In this document: piece after piece, positions 61,526 through 64,000 of the stretch
Numbering within the stretch: the first letter of the stretch is position 1
How the letters are laid out: each line of letters starts with the position of its first letter
Assembly (NCBI GenBank): GCA_965231105.1
Contig: OZ246417.1
Coordinates: 36,094-100,093, forward strand
Source: an uncultured Candidatus Saccharibacteria bacterium
Lineage (GTDB): Bacteria > Patescibacteriota > Saccharimonadia > Saccharimonadales > JACDBH01
DNA: 64,000 nt
Direction of reading: 5' to 3'
The notes under the pieces: model-generated
Seen by the model: the letters and a program-made list of their open reading frames with translations, nothing else
Databases searched by the model: none
What the model was told of the DNA's origin: nothing
Program-made: the position numbers and the translations under genes

Positions 61526-62466
61526 AGCGAAAACTAACCACCTTGTGGCGTATCTTCCTCGCAGGTACCAATAACTTCGTGCGCAATGCATGGCTCAGTG
61601 CGGCAGCCATGGCTGTTATGATCATCACGCTCAGCATCGTGTTGTTTTCAGTTATTGCGAATGCGACATTTAGTTATACCGTGCAGCAAATTCGCGACAA
61701 GATCGATGTCTCGGTATACCTTAAGGACACGGTTACGGAAGAGCAGAGAAACGATTTAGTTGATGAACTTAAGACCATTGAAAACGTACGGGCAATTGAA
61801 TATATCTCAAAAGATCAGGCGCTAGAAGAATACCGTGAGATTAACAAGGACAATATTGATTTACAGCTGGCTATTTCTCAAACGGATAACCCACTTCCCG
61901 CAAGTTTGCAGATTAAACTTCATGACCCAGACAAGATAGATTCTTTAAAAGACTTCCTGGAAAAGGAAGAAACCAAAGAATTGCAGTCAGATGAAACGTC
62001 TTACTCAGGTGATCGGAAAGAGGCAATCGATAAAATAGCAAAAGCGACGACATTTATTAGGCGAGCGGGTATTGTGGGCGTGGTTGTGTTTGCGCTTATT
62101 TCGGTGCTTATTATCTTCAACACTATTCAGATGGCCATCTTTAATCGTCGGGATGAGTTAAGTATTATGCGTTTGCTGGGTGCAAGTCGTTCATATATTA
62201 GAGGACCCTTCTTAGTAGAGAGCCTGCTTATCGGTATTGCGTCGGCAATCGTTTCGATTGTAATTTGTAACGCCGTATTCTCGGTAGCTTCAAGTACTTT
62301 AGGTGCGAGTAGCTTTGGTCTTTTGGATATAACGTATTCTAACGCCTACTTTGCTGACCACTTCTGGCGTATTGTGGGCTTGCAGCTTCTCTTAGGTATT
62401 GCCATTGGCATTGGCTCTTCCTTTGTAGCGACACAACGATATTTGCGCCTCAAACACACCAAATAA
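61522..62466 (+). CDS. ftsX: Cell-division permease-like protein FtsX
   Basis: Its start overlaps the ftsE stop. TM1 is followed by an extracellular loop domain of about 120 aa (VYLKD..EEQRNDL..L..I..V....YISKDQALEEY). The 3-TM FtsX domain reads RRDELSIMRLLGAS. Confidence 0.85.
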   Translation: MKRKLTTLWRIFLAGTNNFVRNAWLSAAAMAVMIITLSIVLFSVIANATFSYTVQQIRDKIDVSVYLKDTVTEEQRNDLVDELKTIENVRAIEYISKDQALEEYREINKDNIDLQLAISQTDNPLPASLQIKLHDPDKIDSLKDFLEKEETKELQSDETSYSGDRKEAIDKIAKATTFIRRAGIVGVVVFALISVLIIFNTIQMAIFNRRDELSIMRLLGASRSYIRGPFLVESLLIGIASAIVSIVICNAVFSVASSTLGASSFGLLDITYSNAYFADHFWRIVGLQLLLGIAIGIGSSFVATQRYLRLKHTK

Positions 62467-62520
62467 ATTTGCTATAATTAAAAGTCCTGCTATTACGCAA
62501 ATTGCAGGATAGGGGGATTC

Positions 62521-63726
62521 GTGCTATTATTTATTCAACGCAAAACGAAACAAAAAATGCGTAAGCTTACAAAAAACCGATTGAATCTTTCAAGACAAAC
62601 CGCACTCTTTGCGGGAATTATGCTTATAGTTGGAACGGCATGCGGTGTACCTATTGCCAGAGCAGCAACATTGCAGCAGCAAATTGATCAGCTGAGTAAT
62701 GAGAATAATCAGGTAAAAGCACAGGTTAATAACCTGCAAGCTCAAGCTGCCAGTTATAAAGACGCTATTAATTACCTCCAATCGCAGATTGCAGAATATC
62801 AAAGACAAATTGCTGCCAACGAACAGAAGAATGCTGAATTACAGCAAAAGATTGTTGAGGCTGAGGCAGAATTGGCCCGCCAAAAAGCTTTACTGGGTCA
62901 GAATATTAAAGCGATGTATCTCGAAGGTGATATCAGTACCATCGAGATGCTTGCGACCAGTAAGGACCTAAGCGACTACTTCGATAAGGAGCAGTACCGT
63001 GACGTGGTAAAGACAAAAATTAAGACCACCCTTGATAAAGTAAATGCCTTAAAAGCAGAGCTTAAAACTCAGAAAGATGAAGTTGAGCGCTTATTAAAAG
63101 AACAGCAAGAACTAAAAGCCCAAACTGCTGCCCAGCAAGCTGAGCAAAGTAGGCTTTTAAGCTTTAACCAAGCGCAACAGGCTGAATATAACCAGCAGAT
63201 CAAAGATAATCAGACGCAAATTAATGAACTAAAGCGCCAGCAGGCAATCGAAAACGCTCGTCTGTTCGGTGGTACCGGCGGTACACTGGGTGGTGGTGGC
63301 TATCCATGGGGTTATGCAAAGTGTTATCACACCGGTCAGGTAGATGGCGGCTGTTATAACTACGACTGGGCGGTCGATGGAAGTATCTTTAACTGGCAGA
63401 CCGGTGGCTACGGATATCGTAACTGCACGGACTGGGTTGCCTATCGAGTTCGCATTGCTGGCGGAAATGTACCAGCTGGACTTGGTAACGCCAATACTTG
63501 GGATGACCGCGCACCAAGCTATGGCTATACCGTGAGCAGTACGCCACGTGAGGGTGCGGCAGCGGTTAGTAACAGTGGTTTCTATGGACATGTGATGTAT
63601 GTTGAAGCGGTGAACGGCGATGGTTCAGTTGTGGTAAGCGACTACAACCGTGCCGGTACGGGTAAGTACGACATGACCGTGCTTTCAGCAAGTACCGCTC
63701 GCGGACTCCGCTATGTGTACTTTTAG
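62521..63726 (+). CDS. Secreted coiled-coil + CHAP peptidoglycan hydrolase (PcsB/CwlO/RipC-like FtsEX partner)
   Basis: A signal anchor is followed by about 200 aa of heptad-rich Q/A/E/K coiled coil. The C-terminal CHAP domain has the catalytic Cys in GYRNCTDWVAYRV and the His in GHVMYVEAV. The extended -10 TGcTATAAT lies at 62470-62478. The start is either GTG 62521 or ATG 62557. Confidence 0.8.
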   Translation: MLLFIQRKTKQKMRKLTKNRLNLSRQTALFAGIMLIVGTACGVPIARAATLQQQIDQLSNENNQVKAQVNNLQAQAASYKDAINYLQSQIAEYQRQIAANEQKNAELQQKIVEAEAELARQKALLGQNIKAMYLEGDISTIEMLATSKDLSDYFDKEQYRDVVKTKIKTTLDKVNALKAELKTQKDEVERLLKEQQELKAQTAAQQAEQSRLLSFNQAQQAEYNQQIKDNQTQINELKRQQAIENARLFGGTGGTLGGGGYPWGYAKCYHTGQVDGGCYNYDWAVDGSIFNWQTGGYGYRNCTDWVAYRVRIAGGNVPAGLGNANTWDDRAPSYGYTVSSTPREGAAAVSNSGFYGHVMYVEAVNGDGSVVVSDYNRAGTGKYDMTVLSASTARGLRYVYF

Positions 63727-63768
63727 CATGCTACAATAGACCTATATACATAAGAGGGAACAAAATTC

Positions 63769-64000
63769 GTGCAGATCAATCAAGCTACGCCTGTGTCTCA
63801 AAAATCTCGTCGAGTTAATATAAAGAAACTCATTTTAACCGTAATGGCTGCAGCTGTTATTTTCTCGGGTGGTCTCTTTATCGGCAACGGTACAATCCGG
63901 TTTAGGAGTTATGACCCGCGAGTAGAAAATGCCAGATTACCGGCACAGCTTGATTACTCGAGCGTTGACTCTATTTACGCATCTCTTAAAGAAAACTTTG
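63769..64000 (+). CDS. 5' part of a membrane-anchored protein, possibly an S41 C-terminal processing peptidase (3' end outside the window)
   Basis: It is not in the ORF track because no stop falls within the window. It starts at GTG 63769 with agaggga about 10 nt upstream. My own translation is VQINQATPVSQKSRRVNIKKLILTVMAAAVIFSGGLFIGNG...LDYSSVDSIYASLKENF. The TM followed by LDYSSVD..Y..L.ENF resembles Ctp-type N-termini, and the position after ftsEX-hydrolase fits. The functional call is weak. Confidence 0.4.
   Translation, partial: MQINQATPVSQKSRRVNIKKLILTVMAAAVIFSGGLFIGNGTIRFRSYDPRVENARLPAQLDYSSVDSIYASLKENF

Noticed and set aside
1-64000. A mobile genetic element or genomic island bounding the fibre locus or the cohesin/dockerin operon.
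   Set aside because: No integrase, transposase or recombinase ORF was seen. There is no flanking tRNA, and I could detect no terminal inverted or direct repeats. I did not compute base composition, so an island cannot be excluded, only not supported.

Overview
This 64-kb window has very high coding density. I call about 53 protein-coding genes. By eye I found no rRNA, tRNA, CRISPR array, transposase or integrase. The standard genetic code fits: all long ORFs read through, and both RF1 and RF2 are present.

Gene content suggests a reduced, monoderm-type bacterium. The evidence is:
- a Bacillus-like rpsB-tsf-frr-uppS-rseP-proS cluster that lacks pyrH, cdsA and dxr
- a class I LysRS and a ProRS without the INS editing domain
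- an LCP ligase and FtsEX followed by a coiled-coil/CHAP hydrolase
- giant secreted proteins

The most plausible source is a Patescibacteria/CPR (Saccharibacteria-like) genome. That assignment is inference only.

The window has two parts.

1. Positions 1-21.2 kb are an accessory surface locus. It is dominated by two giant mosaic fibre-like proteins: one 5'-truncated with at least 1646 aa visible, and one of 3899 aa. A 223-aa stand-alone fibre module and a 931-aa propeller-like secreted protein follow. The two giants share a roughly 2.8-kb paralogous lectin cassette. They are punctuated by eight in-frame copies of a 40-aa double-cysteine motif. This locus is my best candidate for an undescribed system, possibly a host or particle attachment apparatus.

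2. Positions 21-64 kb are mostly housekeeping genes: parAB, lepB, htrA, prfA/prmC, rpsB-tsf-frr-uppS-rseP, proS, greA, lysK, serS, hpf, secA, prfB and ftsEX. Two things interrupt it. The first is a cohesin-like/dockerin/glycoside-hydrolase operon at 29.0-33.4 kb. The second is a paralogous CBM-like surface protein at 59.9 kb.

A recurrent sequence-level feature is a TATAAT-like, often TGn-extended, -10 element placed 6-9 nt (up to 12 nt) before start codons that lack a Shine-Dalgarno sequence. This implies widespread leaderless or near-leaderless mRNAs.

All functional calls come from motifs read by eye in the supplied translations. No database search was run.
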